In this document: piece by piece, positions 1 through 10,662 of the stretch
How the letters are laid out: each line of letters opens with the position of its first letter
Position numbering within the stretch: position 1 is the first letter of the stretch
NCBI RefSeq assembly: GCF_001194135.2
Contig: NC_068995.1
Coordinates: 6,247,862-6,280,415 of the forward strand
Reading direction: 5' to 3'
Length of the DNA: 32,554 nucleotides
DNA from: Octopus bimaculoides
Taxonomy: Eukaryota
Position numbers and translations under genes: made by a program
The notes under the pieces: generated by a model
What the model saw: the letters and a program-made list of their open reading frames with translations, nothing else
Databases searched by the model: none
What the model was told of the DNA's origin: nothing

Positions 1-4
1 TATA

Positions 5-40
<36 letters not shown>

Positions 41-80
41 TGCATGTATGTGTGTATGTATGTATGTATGTATGTGTGTA
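1..80. repeat. (TA)n/(TATG)n microsatellite
   Basis: Directly visible tandem TATG units at the window start. Confidence 0.95.
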
Positions 81-245
81 TATCTATGGGTTAGGTAGAA
101 CAAACAGAAAACGGTACTAAATATGTGAGTATGTGTTTTTATTATTTCAATGGGCAGATATTTACAAAAATATCTCAAAACTGAACGTCACTTCGTATTA
201 CGCTCGAAACTCATTCTGTTACATTTTTTTCATTGTCTCGATTAA

Positions 246-246
<1 letters not shown>

Positions 247-292
<46 letters not shown>

Positions 293-349
293 TGTGTGTG
301 TGTGTGTGTGTGCGTGCGTGTGTGTTTGTATGTGTGTGTCTTTGTGTGT
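247..349. repeat. (TG)n microsatellite
   Basis: Long TG run with a few interruptions; it explains the CVCVCV tail of ORF 133..351. Confidence 0.97.
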
Positions 350-971
350 GAGTGTTCGTAGGGAGGTAAGTATAAGTCTGTCATGAACTAAGACAGTACA
401 ATTTTAGCGTATGTAACCGAAATTAATATCTGAATATTTACCAATTCAAATATATATATTCGGGGATTTGATTTCAATGAATTAAACAAACATGAAAGAA
501 TGGGATCAACTCTACCACATGAGCACACTATGTGCAGTGACTTTACATCTGTATAGCCACATTTGAACTAGAAATGGGTTGTTAGTGAACTTATACAAAT
601 GCTGACATCAGCTTTGGTAACGGACAAGAAATATAAAGAGTTCGCTAGGATACAACACCTAGAAATTAAAACTGAGGAAAGCTGTGAGACATATATTCAG
701 AGTAGTTTGATACTTAAATATTAGTTGGGATCCGCATCACGGGTGATGGATTCGTATGACACTATGTAGTACAATTTTTAGTTCATTTAAGGAAGATATT
801 CAACAATTCAGAAATCTTGTAATATAATCCACGTTATGATTTGGTGTCGGGAGAATTTAATAGGCAGAAGGAATGGAATTCAATTGCATTACGTTATATT
901 TACTCCATCTAGATGCGTATTCACCTAATCAGCTTTTGTTAACTCTGCGGATTGCGTGAATATATTAGTAG

Positions 972-972
<1 letters not shown>

Positions 973-1004
<32 letters not shown>

Positions 1005-1471
1005 NNNNNNNNNNNNNNNNNNNNNNNNNNNNNNNNNNNNNNNNNNNNNNNNNNNNNNNNNNNNNNNNNNNNNNNNNNNNNNNNNNNNNNNNNNNNNNNN
1101 NNNNNNNNNNNNNNNNNNNNNNNNNNNNNNNNNNNNNNNNNNNNNNNNNNNNNNNNNNNNNNNNNNNNNNNNNNNNNNNNNNNNNNNNNNNNNNNNNNNN
1201 NNNNNNNNNNNNNNNNNNNNNNNNNNNNNNNNNNNNNNNNNNNNNNNNNNNNNNNNNNNNNNNNNNNNNNNNNNNNNNNNNNNNNNNNNNNNNNNNNNNN
1301 NNNNNNNNNNNNNNNNNNNNNNNNNNNNNNNNNNNNNNNNNNNNNNNNNNNNNNNNNNNNNNNNNNNNNNNNNNNNNNNNNNNNNNNNNNNNNNNNNNNN
1401 NNNNNNNNNNNNNNNNNNNNNNNNNNNNNNNNNNNNNNNNNNNNNNNNNNNNNNNNNNNNNNNNNNNNNNN
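973..1471. other. (CT)n microsatellite running into an assembly gap (N 1005-1471)
   Basis: Seen directly. Other N runs lie at about 8843-9535, 11815-12278, 14700-15546, 15888-15987, 16582-17207, 18088-18128, 21602-22248, 23540-23965, 27190-27199 and 27953-28100. Confidence 0.97.
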
Positions 1472-1939
1472 ATATACGTTACTGTTTATTTTTCTGTCCG
1501 TGTAGCCATCGATCCATCCATCCATCTCTCTATCTAATCTTTATTTCATTTCTATCCACAGCACTTGTGCAATTTGTTCTGACGACTGAAACGTTGAATA
1601 GCTGACACATGCGGTGTTTATTGAAGCTAATTTAAAGAGAGATGTTGGCATGTAAAAAAAAAAATAAATAAAACAAAACTACCTTCAAATCAAAGCTTTT
1701 ACTACAAACTCCTATATTTTCCTTTTTTTTTTTTTTTTTTTTTTTTTTTGCACATTGTAATCATTATGTGAGGCGTGTAAAGTCTTTGACAGGTGACAAC
1801 TTCAAAATATCAATAAATTTAGACTCCGCATTTTCTCGCCACTATTTTCCATTATACAAACTATTTTTCTATATTTATATTGCCATTTTCATTTACAGCA
1901 AATCTGAAAGATATTAATGTTCCCGCGCGTGTGTCTGCA

Positions 1940-1953
1940 TATACATACATACA

Positions 1954-2040
<87 letters not shown>

Positions 2041-2134
2041 TTATATATATATATATATACGTGCGTGTCTGTGTATACACACATACATATACATATGTTT
2101 ATATACACACATGTATATATAGATCAATATACAC

Positions 2135-2175
<41 letters not shown>

Positions 2176-2190
2176 TGTGTGTGTGTGTTT
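1940..2190. repeat. Compound microsatellite (TACA)n(CA)n(TA)n...(TG)n
   Basis: Seen directly; source of six overlapping spurious ORFs. Confidence 0.95.
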
Positions 2191-2229
2191 CAATATTGGT
2201 CGTGTTTTTTTTGTCACTGCAGTAATAAA

Positions 2230-2360
2230 CTGTTGCTGTTGTTCTTTTTTATATCTTGATCGATTGTGACGGAGAAGATGTCTGGTGACAGCTACTCTAC
2301 TTGTGACCACCCTTTTTTCATCTAAGTAGAGTAACCTAAAACTATGTTATCAAATGTGCA
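2230..2360 (-). mobile_element. Short interspersed repeat family B, degraded 3' part
   Basis: CTAAAACTATGTTATCAAATGTGC here matches the reverse complement of about 6689-6712 (CTAGGACTACGCTATCAATTGTGC) at 19/24 positions. It is preceded by a GTT-like tail, mirroring the CAA tail of the 6.6-6.8 kb copy. Confidence 0.5.
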
Positions 2361-2698
2361 TTTATTGTTTTAGATGTCGTTACGGTGTAGCTCAATGGAG
2401 ATTTTGCTGTTGACCTAACAGAGAATGGAGCAGACTTAACGCTTGTAGGTAGAACGAGTAAATGCGACCTCTGGATATGAGCTGACACATAGGACGTACA
2501 ATTGACCAATCTCGTCGGCGACAACATTGTTGCATGTTTTTAGATAGAGTTATTAATTGTATATACAGGAGTTTTCACTTTACGAGATAAGTCATACTAT
2601 CTCCATTATCCAATGCGTTTCTGTATGATGCATTCGATGAAACATCAGCAGACGGTATTTGCTTTCAACTTGTCATTTCTGCCATGCATTTACATTAC

Positions 2699-2860
2699 AA
2701 TATTTGCCGTCTTTCTGAGTTCAAATTCCGCTGAGGTAGAGTCTGCCTTTCATCCTTTCGGGGTCGATAAAATTAAGTGCCAGTTGCATACTGGGGTCGA
2801 TCTAATCGACAGGCCACCTCCCCAAACATTTCAGGCCTTGTGCGTACCTAGAGTATAAAA
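2699..2860 (+). mobile_element. tRNA-derived SINE family A, 5'-truncated copy 1
   Basis: B-box-like GAGTTCAAATTCC followed by the family core GCCTTTCATCCTTTCGGGGTCGATAAA...CTGGGGTCGATCTAATCGAC and the tail CAGGCCTTGTGC, shared with the other copies in the window. Confidence 0.9.
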
Positions 2861-3000
2861 AATATTTGCTGTCTTTCTGAGTTCAAATTCCGCCGAGGTC
2901 AATATTGCCTTTCATCCTTTCGGGTTTGATGAATTAAGAACCAGTTGCATACTGAGGTCGATTTAATCGACAGGCCATCTCACCAAGAATACTTGTCGTC
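2861..3000 (+). mobile_element. tRNA-derived SINE family A, 5'-truncated copy 2
   Basis: Same core as copy 1 and starts at the same AATATTTGCYGTCTTTCTGAG junction, 162 bp downstream. Confidence 0.9.
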
Positions 3001-3002
3001 TT

Positions 3003-3197
3003 TAAGGCGGTGAACTGGCGGAATTGCTATCACGCCAGGCGAAATGCCGAACGGCATTTCGTCCGTCTTCACGTCTTAAGTTCAAATTCCGCCGAGATAT
3101 CATCTTTCGGGGTCGATAAAATAAGTACCATTTGGGTACTAAGGTCGATGTAATCGACTTAGCCCCTACCCCGAAATTGATGGTCATGTGCCAGAAC
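3003..3197 (+). mobile_element. tRNA-derived SINE family A, near full-length copy 3
   Basis: Head AAGGCGGTGAAC, A-box-like TGGCGGAATTG (3016-3026), B-box-like GTTCAAATTCC (3080-3090), core TTTCGGGGTCGATAAAATAAGTACC and GTCGATGTAATCGAC. Confidence 0.9.
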
Positions 3198-3599
3198 AAC
3201 CTGAAACCAATATTCGCCGCGTTACGTCGGCAATGTGAAATATGGTTGCAGTGTATATTTGTTATCTGAACTGTATTGAAAAGTTAGTAGTCATAGTGCG
3301 TAGTGATAACTTAGGTCTGAGGAGTTACATATATATCTGGATGTTTGTACGTGAAATTTTGAACAGTCAAGGGTGAGGTTATACCAAAATGGTGTCCCCT
3401 GTGTTATCAGATAATCTTCCGTCTTCCTATTGCTATTACACAGTGGAGATTGTATAGTTTAGCATGAGGCGAAATCCGCTTAGTCATCTGCTTGTTGTCT
3501 GGAATGTTGCACAATCAACATATGTATCGCCTGCATATAATACTAAGTGCCACGAAATCTGTTTTTGTTGTTAGTATGCGTTCTATAATATCGGGAAAT

Positions 3600-4413
3600 C
3601 TACCACTGTGTCGTCAGTATGACTTCTATCATGGTGGTATATATTACTTTTTTGTGGTTTGCCAGTAACCCATAAAGGTTGTTCTGTTCTTTATTCACTG
3701 GAATCTGTTGTTCAGACCTTGGAAGAGGTGATATAATTTATATGATATGTGACTATCTTAAAGAACTTTTACGTAATTCTAAGTATGTTTGTCTTCGTGT
3801 CTAAGCCCTGTATAAGTTGTCGTGTTAGATTTTGTATGATTGCTGGTAAGATAGAAAAATGCTTTTACCAGATGCTACCAGACATGAATTATTAATGGAA
3901 CTACGTATTTATTTGAATGATGTAGGGCCAGAAAAGTTGCAAAGCTTTGCTAGGCTGTGATGTAACGATATGGCTGTCATTTCTTTATGTAAGACTGTGT
4001 TTTGAAAAGGTTTAGATTTATTGTCTTGATACAGGTTACATATCACTTACGAAAAAAGGAATCTTTGTGGCATTCTATTCAAGGATATTCATGTTAACGA
4101 TGCTTTACTAATGTATAATGCATAGGCATATCAACCAGTGTGTAGTGGTTTTTGGTGTACACTACAGATGTTTCTTAACCTGTGGCGTAATTGATGTATG
4201 CTATATGCACTAGTCAACCAGCGAAGTTATTTAACCCAACACTGCTTTCATTGGACAGACCTACGATCCAGTTCATGCCCGCCATGGCAATCCCGTTTAT
4301 TTCTGTAAAAGAATACTGGGGTGTGTTTCCCTATTTCAAAGAGGTTGAGTGACATGGAAAAGAATCCTTTTCTGGTGAGAGGTTCATTTGTAAAAGTGGT
4401 CCGTGAATCATTT
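3600..4413 (-). mobile_element. Probable highly degraded CR1/L2-type LINE, C-terminal RT region
   Basis: Manual minus-strand translation across frameshifts gives, in the expected order, LQMNLSPEK, IGKHTPVFFY-INGIAM, FWPYII, IQNLTRQLIQGL and SYKIIS. These resemble the CR1/L2 motifs WQL.F...KC..LH.GK.N....Y.ING, W.PY, VQRRATRLI.GL and TYKI. Many stops; weak, by-eye similarity. Confidence 0.4.
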
Positions 4414-4516
4414 TAGGCATTTGATCCAATCGTATAAACATATAAACAAACACAAATATGCTAATACACCAATAAAATATTTGTGAGTGCGCACGCCTAT
4501 ATATACAAGTACACAA

Positions 4517-4575
<59 letters not shown>

Positions 4576-4576
4576 T
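4414..4576 (+). repeat. Local duplicated segment, copy 1: about 100 bp of non-simple sequence plus (AGAT)n
   Basis: TAGGCATTTGATCCAATCGTATAAACATATAAACAAAC is identical at 4414 and 5903, and both copies continue with similar sequence into a GATA microsatellite. Confidence 0.92.
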
Positions 4577-5749
4577 GCATGCTAGTATCCAATGTATGCA
4601 AGTTCTCTGTTACTTTTGTCTCGGCTTATTTTCTTTGCTATTTTTTGATTATGACTCGAGGTGTGAGTTGTCTGTTGATTTTATGCGCGGTGTCGGTGTA
4701 TTATCTTTGTGCTTTTCTCGAATTTGTCACCATTTTGGATATTTCACTTGAATACTTAGAGCTCGATTATGTTTGTTGTTAGGTTGAATAACGGTTACGC
4801 AAAGTCAGAAGGAGATGTAGTTAACTTGAAGATACCTGTAGATGTTCTAGTAGAAATTGTTTACGATGCTAGTGGAGTTTAATTGTAGTGCTATTATGTC
4901 TCTCCTTGTGAGAAGAGAGGCAATCGCTACACTTCCGTCGCTCGTTCATGTCTTCACGTGAGTTTTCTAGAAATGATATCCTTATTTTATATATTCTACT
5001 TACATAACTGTGTGTACACTTTTATCATTGGTTGCAGATACTCCTCTGTCTATCGTTTCCTGTAAGTTCGATTTTCGCGTTCAAGTTATGACCATCCAGT
5101 CTTCTTTTTCGGCAAATTATTCTAATGTATGACACAGCAGACAATATACATACATACAGTTTTTTCTTTTTTTATGTCAGGAGATTGAAACTTCAGTAAG
5201 ACTTGCTTTCTCTTTCTGCAATCATCCAGAAGCTTTAACATTGGTCCATCGAACCAAATGACAAGTCATTGTGTGGGCGTTTCATTTTATTTCCTGGATC
5301 ATGTAATTTCCTTAGTTGCCTTCCCCGCCTCATCTGTGCAATACTAAAATAGAGAAACAATGCTCCGATACAAGTTACAGACGCACGCGGGCGCGCACTC
5401 GCACAGACAGAATCACAGACACATCAACTCATGAAGCCTATCAGCCATGATGGTTTAGTGGTATATTTCGAAATAATTGTTAATAGTCAAAGGTGAGGCT
5501 TTTCTGTTTTTTTTTCTTGTTTTTTTTTTTCAATTGAAATGAAGCCTATGTCATTAGAATAAATCATAAAGTATACAGTGTGTGTAATAGAATTGATAAA
5601 AAGAAAATATATCAGGTTTTTTAGCAAACGTCAAATCACATCAGGAAACGGTCATAAGTCACTTCCGACATGTTTTTCCTGAATGCCTATATTTTCGGAT
5701 CTTTACAAAAAAATACTCTCCCCGAACCCATCTCAAGTTCCCTCTCTTC

Positions 5750-5751
<2 letters not shown>

Positions 5752-5791
<40 letters not shown>
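5752..5791. repeat. (CT)n microsatellite
   Basis: Seen directly. Confidence 0.95.
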
Positions 5792-5796
<5 letters not shown>

Positions 5797-5902
5797 GTAG
5801 AGCATACATTCCGTGCCATCATTGAAGGAAACGCATGCACATGCGCACACATTACACAGTATATACTCGAATACAAATGCATATGTAATTGTATAATAAA
5901 TA

Positions 5903-6060
5903 TAGGCATTTGATCCAATCGTATAAACATATAAACAAACCCAAATAGACTAATACACCAACATATTTGTAAGTGCGAACACACATATATACGAGAACAC
6001 ACATATATACGCGAACACACATATATACGCGTACACAAATAGACGAATAGATAGATAGAC

Positions 6061-6115
<55 letters not shown>

Positions 6116-6125
6116 CAGATAGATA
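5903..6125 (+). repeat. Local duplicated segment, copy 2, with an 18 bp unit x3 and (AGAT)n
   Basis: Matches 4414-4576; contains GCGAACACACATATATAC, GAGAACACACATATATAC and GCGAACACACATATATAC at 5975-6028. Confidence 0.92.
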
Positions 6126-6549
6126 CAAGCATACATATGTCTGCATTGTGATTGCTTTATTTCTATATAAAGGTTATCGAAAAATGTGTGTTTGTTTGTC
6201 CTTTTTTCATCGTACATTGAGCGTAAAATACCAGTTATTTATCTTTCTAAGTTCTCACTAATTTTTTCTATCGGGTTTTTCTTTGTTTACATATTTGTTT
6301 TTGTTCTGTTTGTGTTGTTATTTATGTTGAATCTTCGTGTGTATTGTGTGTGTTTGTGTGTGTGTGTGTGTTTTTCTCTTCTTTTCTTTTATTTTTTTGC
6401 TATCTCTCATAGATATTGAAAACTTCAAGCTTGGTCAATCACTGTCAGCTGAGCGTACGGCTGAATGAACAAGCAGGATGTATAAAGAGAGAAAAATGAA
6501 AATAGTGTCTAACATCAACAACACCCAACATCACAACCCAACACTGGAA

Positions 6550-6795
6550 TGAACCTCTACGTTGCTCTTCAAAGCTGCTAGAAATAGTAACTAAATATTC
6601 CTCAAATCACAGCATTCTGTCTTATCTTCGTATTTTGAGGGACTCTTTTTCATGTTTTCCATTTTTTTTCTTTTATTCAATAAATAACGCACAATTGATA
6701 GCGTAGTCCTAGATATACTGTGACTAAAAAGCCTGAAAAGTGCTCTTTTGTCATGAATCTGTTGACTCCAACGAAAATAGCAACAAGAAAAACAA
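6550..6795 (+). mobile_element. Short interspersed repeat family B (SINE-like), longest copy
   Basis: Core GCTGCTAGAAATAGTAACTAAATATTCCTCAAAT matches the reverse complements at about 22640-22665 and 26115-26140; ends in a CAA-rich tail. The SINE assignment comes from recollection of octopus repeats, and strand is a convention. Confidence 0.6.
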
Positions 6796-6828
6796 TCCTT
6801 CGGTAGTATGTTCATTATCGTCATGGAT

Positions 6829-6830
<2 letters not shown>

Positions 6831-6877
<47 letters not shown>
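6831..6877. repeat. (TAG)n trinucleotide repeat
   Basis: Seen directly; gives the poly-Y and poly-T stretches in minus-strand ORFs. Confidence 0.97.
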
Positions 6878-7484
6878 CAGAAGAGGAGAAAGGGGAAAAA
6901 GCGGAGGGTGGATGGATAGGAGAGGGAAAAGAGAAGTAGAGTAGAAGAAGGGGAGTTGGGAAAGGGGAGGGAAGTAAAATGGGATAGGGAGGTGAAAAGA
7001 GGAGGAGAGACAAGAAGGAGGAAAGGAGAAGGCGGAGGGGAGAGAAGGAAGAGGAGAAGTGAAAGAGAAGAGGCGGGAGAGAAGATGAGAAAGATAATAA
7101 GTGGAAGATAAGAGGAGGGAGAGCAGATGAGGCAGAGAAGAGGAGGAACAGAAAAGAAAGAGAAGGCAGAGAAGAGGGGAAGAGAAAAGGAAGGAGAGAA
7201 GTGGAGAGAGAGAAGAGGAGGGAGACAAGGGGAGGAAGAGATGAGGAGAGAGAGAAAAGGAGGAAAAGAAGAGGAGGAAAAGAAGAGGAGGAAAAGAAGA
7301 GGAGGAAAAGAAGAGGAGGAAAAGAAGAGGAGGAAAAGAAGAGGAAGGGAGAAGAGGAGGAAAAGAAGAGGGGGAACATAAGAGGTGGGAGAGAAGAGGA
7401 GGGTCAGAAGTGAAGAGTCAGAAGGAGAGATGGAGGAGGGGAGGAGGTAGAAGAAGGATAGAGCGGAGGGAGAGAGAAGGAGTT
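6878..7484. repeat. Polypurine/polypyrimidine tract with a 14 bp minisatellite (GAGGAGGAAAAGAA) at 7257-7367
   Basis: About 600 bp almost entirely A/G on the + strand; five consecutive perfect 14-mers at 7271-7340 plus flanking variants. Confidence 0.95.
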
Positions 7485-7779
7485 CAGAGATCTAGCTTCC
7501 TCCGTTTGACCCACCGTTGGGAGTCTTAATTTGACATGGTGAGGGACAAGGTCAGTGCACCTGTACCCATGTTTGAACAGACCTTGTCTTTAGTTCTGAA
7601 GAATTTTAGGGCATAGTGCGAGGGGACCCCATTTGCTGGAAGATCTCAACCTAAACAAGTTCACCTCTTTTTAATCCACCCCACCTTTTTGTTTTATACA
7701 AAAGCCCAACGGCGATCAGGTAAGGATGGTAGGAGCAGGTTTTGGTGAAATTCGAAGCTTCTAGTGCCGACCTGCACAA

Positions 7780-7915
7780 GTAGAAATTATTCTATCGCTG
7801 CTCGCTTTTGCAGAACGTGGACGTAAACACACAATTACCGGTTTTCATGCGGTGGTGAGGGGTCAAACACAGACACTAACACACACAAATATTGACATAT
7901 ACATATATAGACATC
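7780..7915 (-). mobile_element. Degraded SINE fragment related to family A, with an internal CA-rich segment
   Basis: TTATTCTATCG is the reverse complement of CGATAGAATAA in the family A copy at about 18724. The adjoining GGACGTAAACACAC...GGTGGTGAGGGGTCAAACACAGACAC resembles a common octopus SINE as I recall it (unverified). Confidence 0.45.
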
Positions 7916-8019
7916 CAGCCGGAAAATGTAATAGAGCTTTCTTTTGACAGGGCCCTACGATGGTGGTGCCTTAGGATTTTACCTCCGCGATCGTTCTAGA
8001 AATAGTGGGTGGAGTAAAT

Positions 8020-8072
8020 AGACGGACGGACGGACGGACGGACGGATGGACGGACGGATGGATGAATGGATG
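8020..8072. repeat. (GACG)n/(GATG)n tetranucleotide repeat
   Basis: Seen directly. Confidence 0.93.
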
Positions 8073-8376
8073 GTGCAGAACCTACACCGCTACAACAAAT
8101 TAAACAGGGCCACATTCGACTAGTAAAAAGGCAAAGAAATTAGATTTTGCTGAAAGCAGTGTATGCAATACAAGGGAGCTAATTTACTTTTCTCTGTTCA
8201 AACATTCATTATTGGAAAACAATACCAAATTTTACTCATTTTGGTTTTCAAACTAATTTGGTAAAATCCAAGCTATATGGAGTTCTGTTACTAGCATCCG
8301 TTTACCAAAAACAATAACATCAATAATAGAACTAATATTACTAACGATATCCATGATAATAATAGCAATCCAATCA

Positions 8377-8412
8377 CTGCAATAATGATAATAATAATAA
8401 TAATAATAATAA
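8377..8412. repeat. (AAT)n repeat
   Basis: Seen directly. Confidence 0.9.
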
Positions 8413-8794
8413 ATATGTTAACAACAGTAATCAAGTTAAAGCGATAATAAGCAATCATCTCCAATAATATAATGCAAAGATCAGTAGATTTGCTAAATGG
8501 TTCATTTGGGATTAAATCAGAGTTGAAATATTCTGCAAACATTCACACATTGGAAAATAATTGAGAATAAATATTTATATTGACGCTATTACTATAGCTT
8601 TGATAGGCTTTGATAGTGTTTTAGTAGAGTCTACATAGCAATAGATGATCGGATGCATGTGTGTATGGGTGTGTCTATGTGAACCTGTGCGTGTCTCTCT
8701 TTGTACTTCCTATGTATCCATGCATACATATGAACACACGCACATCTATATATACGCACACGCATATATATGCACATATAGGTACATATATATG

Positions 8795-8842
<48 letters not shown>

Positions 8843-10401
8843 NNNNNNNNNNNNNNNNNNNNNNNNNNNNNNNNNNNNNNNNNNNNNNNNNNNNNNNNNN
8901 NNNNNNNNNNNNNNNNNNNNNNNNNNNNNNNNNNNNNNNNNNNNNNNNNNNNNNNNNNNNNNNNNNNNNNNNNNNNNNNNNNNNNNNNNNNNNNNNNNNN
9001 NNNNNNNNNNNNNNNNNNNNNNNNNNNNNNNNNNNNNNNNNNNNNNNNNNNNNNNNNNNNNNNNNNNNNNNNNNNNNNNNNNNNNNNNNNNNNNNNNNNN
9101 NNNNNNNNNNNNNNNNNNNNNNNNNNNNNNNNNNNNNNNNNNNNNNNNNNNNNNNNNNNNNNNNNNNNNNNNNNNNNNNNNNNNNNNNNNNNNNNNNNNN
9201 NNNNNNNNNNNNNNNNNNNNNNNNNNNNNNNNNNNNNNNNNNNNNNNNNNNNNNNNNNNNNNNNNNNNNNNNNNNNNNNNNNNNNNNNNNNNNNNNNNNN
9301 NNNNNNNNNNNNNNNNNNNNNNNNNNNNNNNNNNNNNNNNNNNNNNNNNNNNNNNNNNNNNNNNNNNNNNNNNNNNNNNNNNNNNNNNNNNNNNNNNNNN
9401 NNNNNNNNNNNNNNNNNNNNNNNNNNNNNNNNNNNNNNNNNNNNNNNNNNNNNNNNNNNNNNNNNNNNNNNNNNNNNNNNNNNNNNNNNNNNNNNNNNNN
9501 NNNNNNNNNNNNNNNNNNNNNNNNNNNNNNNNNNNTATATATATATATATATATATATATATTGGGTGCACACGTCTATTTTTATGCGTATTTGCGGACA
9601 TGGTCGATTATGTGTTCAATAACGCATTTCTCTAAATAAATGAGAAAAATTTCGCTCGGCTGCGCGTCCATCCGTTGGTACGCGTAGGCTGAATGGTCAA
9701 AGTATATCTCAAAAAATGAACATATCCGATAAAACATAAATATCACCGGACACAGGTCGGTGTTTCTACGATCAATTGAAGCAGTAAACAGGCCACAAAT
9801 GTAGAGTCGCCGTCCGGAACACGGAATAACTGTGAAACAGGAATATTATGCTGATGGGATATACTAGTGCACTTGAGGTTACGAGATATTAAAAATTGGT
9901 GATAGTTCAGTGATATTTAATTTTGTTCGTAGTTGGTAGGTCTTTACGTCCAGACTGCATTAACAAATACACGCAAAATAATATTTGTAGCAAGAAATAA
10001 AGTTAACAGAAAATATATTTAGTCATTCCACAAATCCGGCAATATTAATTTAAGTGGTTAAGATGTTTACAAGGCTAATTTGAACGTAGAAATAACATAT
10101 TTGTCTTGCAGTAATATTTTTTTTTCTCCTATCTTCCAGTGGATATTTACATTCATTCCCTCTCTCGTTCTCTCTCTGTCATGATGCGTAAACTGGGGTT
10201 CGTATATTTTACTCCAGTGTCACTTTGATGGCATACACTACTCTCTCTCTCTCAATCAATAATAATAATAATGATGATGACGAGGAGGAGAAGGAGGATT
10301 TCATTTATTTGCCACAAGGGCAAAGGAGGAGGGGACAATACAAAGGCAGACATAAAGTGTGGGGGTGTACATAGAATGAAATGATTTTTAATAAATGAAA
10401 A

Positions 10402-10423
10402 CAGAAAGAAAGAAAGAAAGAAA

Positions 10424-10482
<59 letters not shown>
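10402..10482. repeat. (GAAA)n microsatellite at the 3' end of a minus-strand SINE
   Basis: Seen directly; abuts AAGGCCAGCAAT, which also occurs in the SINE tail at about 19422. Confidence 0.95.
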
Positions 10483-10483
<1 letters not shown>

Positions 10484-10662
10484 GCCAGCAATGTTACATA
10501 AAGTTGATTGCATTGACTCCAGTTTTGTCAGCCCCGAAAAACTGCAAATGCGAAGTCGACCCAGACGGCATCCGAAGTCAAACCATGAAGGAATCTGAAC
10601 CGCATGAAATGCCACAAGGAATTTTGTCCGACGCGCTAACGATTCTAACAACTCGCCGCTTT
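10481..10662 (-). mobile_element. tRNA-derived SINE family A, diverged copy 4
   Basis: The reverse complement reads AAAGCGGCGAGTTGTTAGAATCGTTAGCGCGTCGGACAAAAT...GGGTCGACTTCGCATTT...TTTTCGGGGCTGACAAAA...GTCAATGCAATCAACT...TTGCTGGCC, collinear with copies 3, 6 and 8. Confidence 0.75.

Noticed and set aside
560-900. Faint Tc3/Tc1-like transposase echoes on + (EFARIQHL, DGF, HLRK, VMIW)
   Set aside because: The order is suggestive, but the motifs lie in different frames with several stops and very low identity; not supportable without a profile search.
2699-3197. Repeated GTTCAAATTCC/GGGGTCGAT units as a CRISPR-like array or tRNA gene cluster
   Set aside because: The units are 140-200 bp diverged SINE bodies without unique spacers, cloverleaf or acceptor stem; there are no cas genes and the context is eukaryotic.
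5020-5070. 24 nt AG/GT-bounded segment 5038-5061 (GTTGCAG|...|GTAAGT)
   Set aside because: Isolated, lies in a region that may be antisense LINE debris, and such pairs are expected by chance in AT-rich DNA.
5641-5682. Inverted repeat TCAGGAAA...TTTCCTGA, and likewise ATCGACG...CGTCGAT at 13980-14001
   Set aside because: Stems of 7-8 bp are expected by chance in 32 kb, and there is no supporting context.
6591-7413. 262 aa S/L/F/P-rich ORF and the antisense K/R/E/G-rich ORFs
   Set aside because: Entirely explained by the polypurine tract and the (TAG)n repeat, whose composition makes stop codons rare.
8440-8560. Minus-strand EYFNSDLIPNEPFSKSTDLC segment after TGTTTGCAG
   Set aside because: No good donor before it runs into the (AAT)n repeat, and no recognisable homology.
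9630-9870. CpG-enriched patch with an A-box-like TAGGCTGAATGG and a possible minus-strand exon
   Set aside because: No B box, no recognisable peptide and weak donors; possibly an old repeat head, but unsupported.
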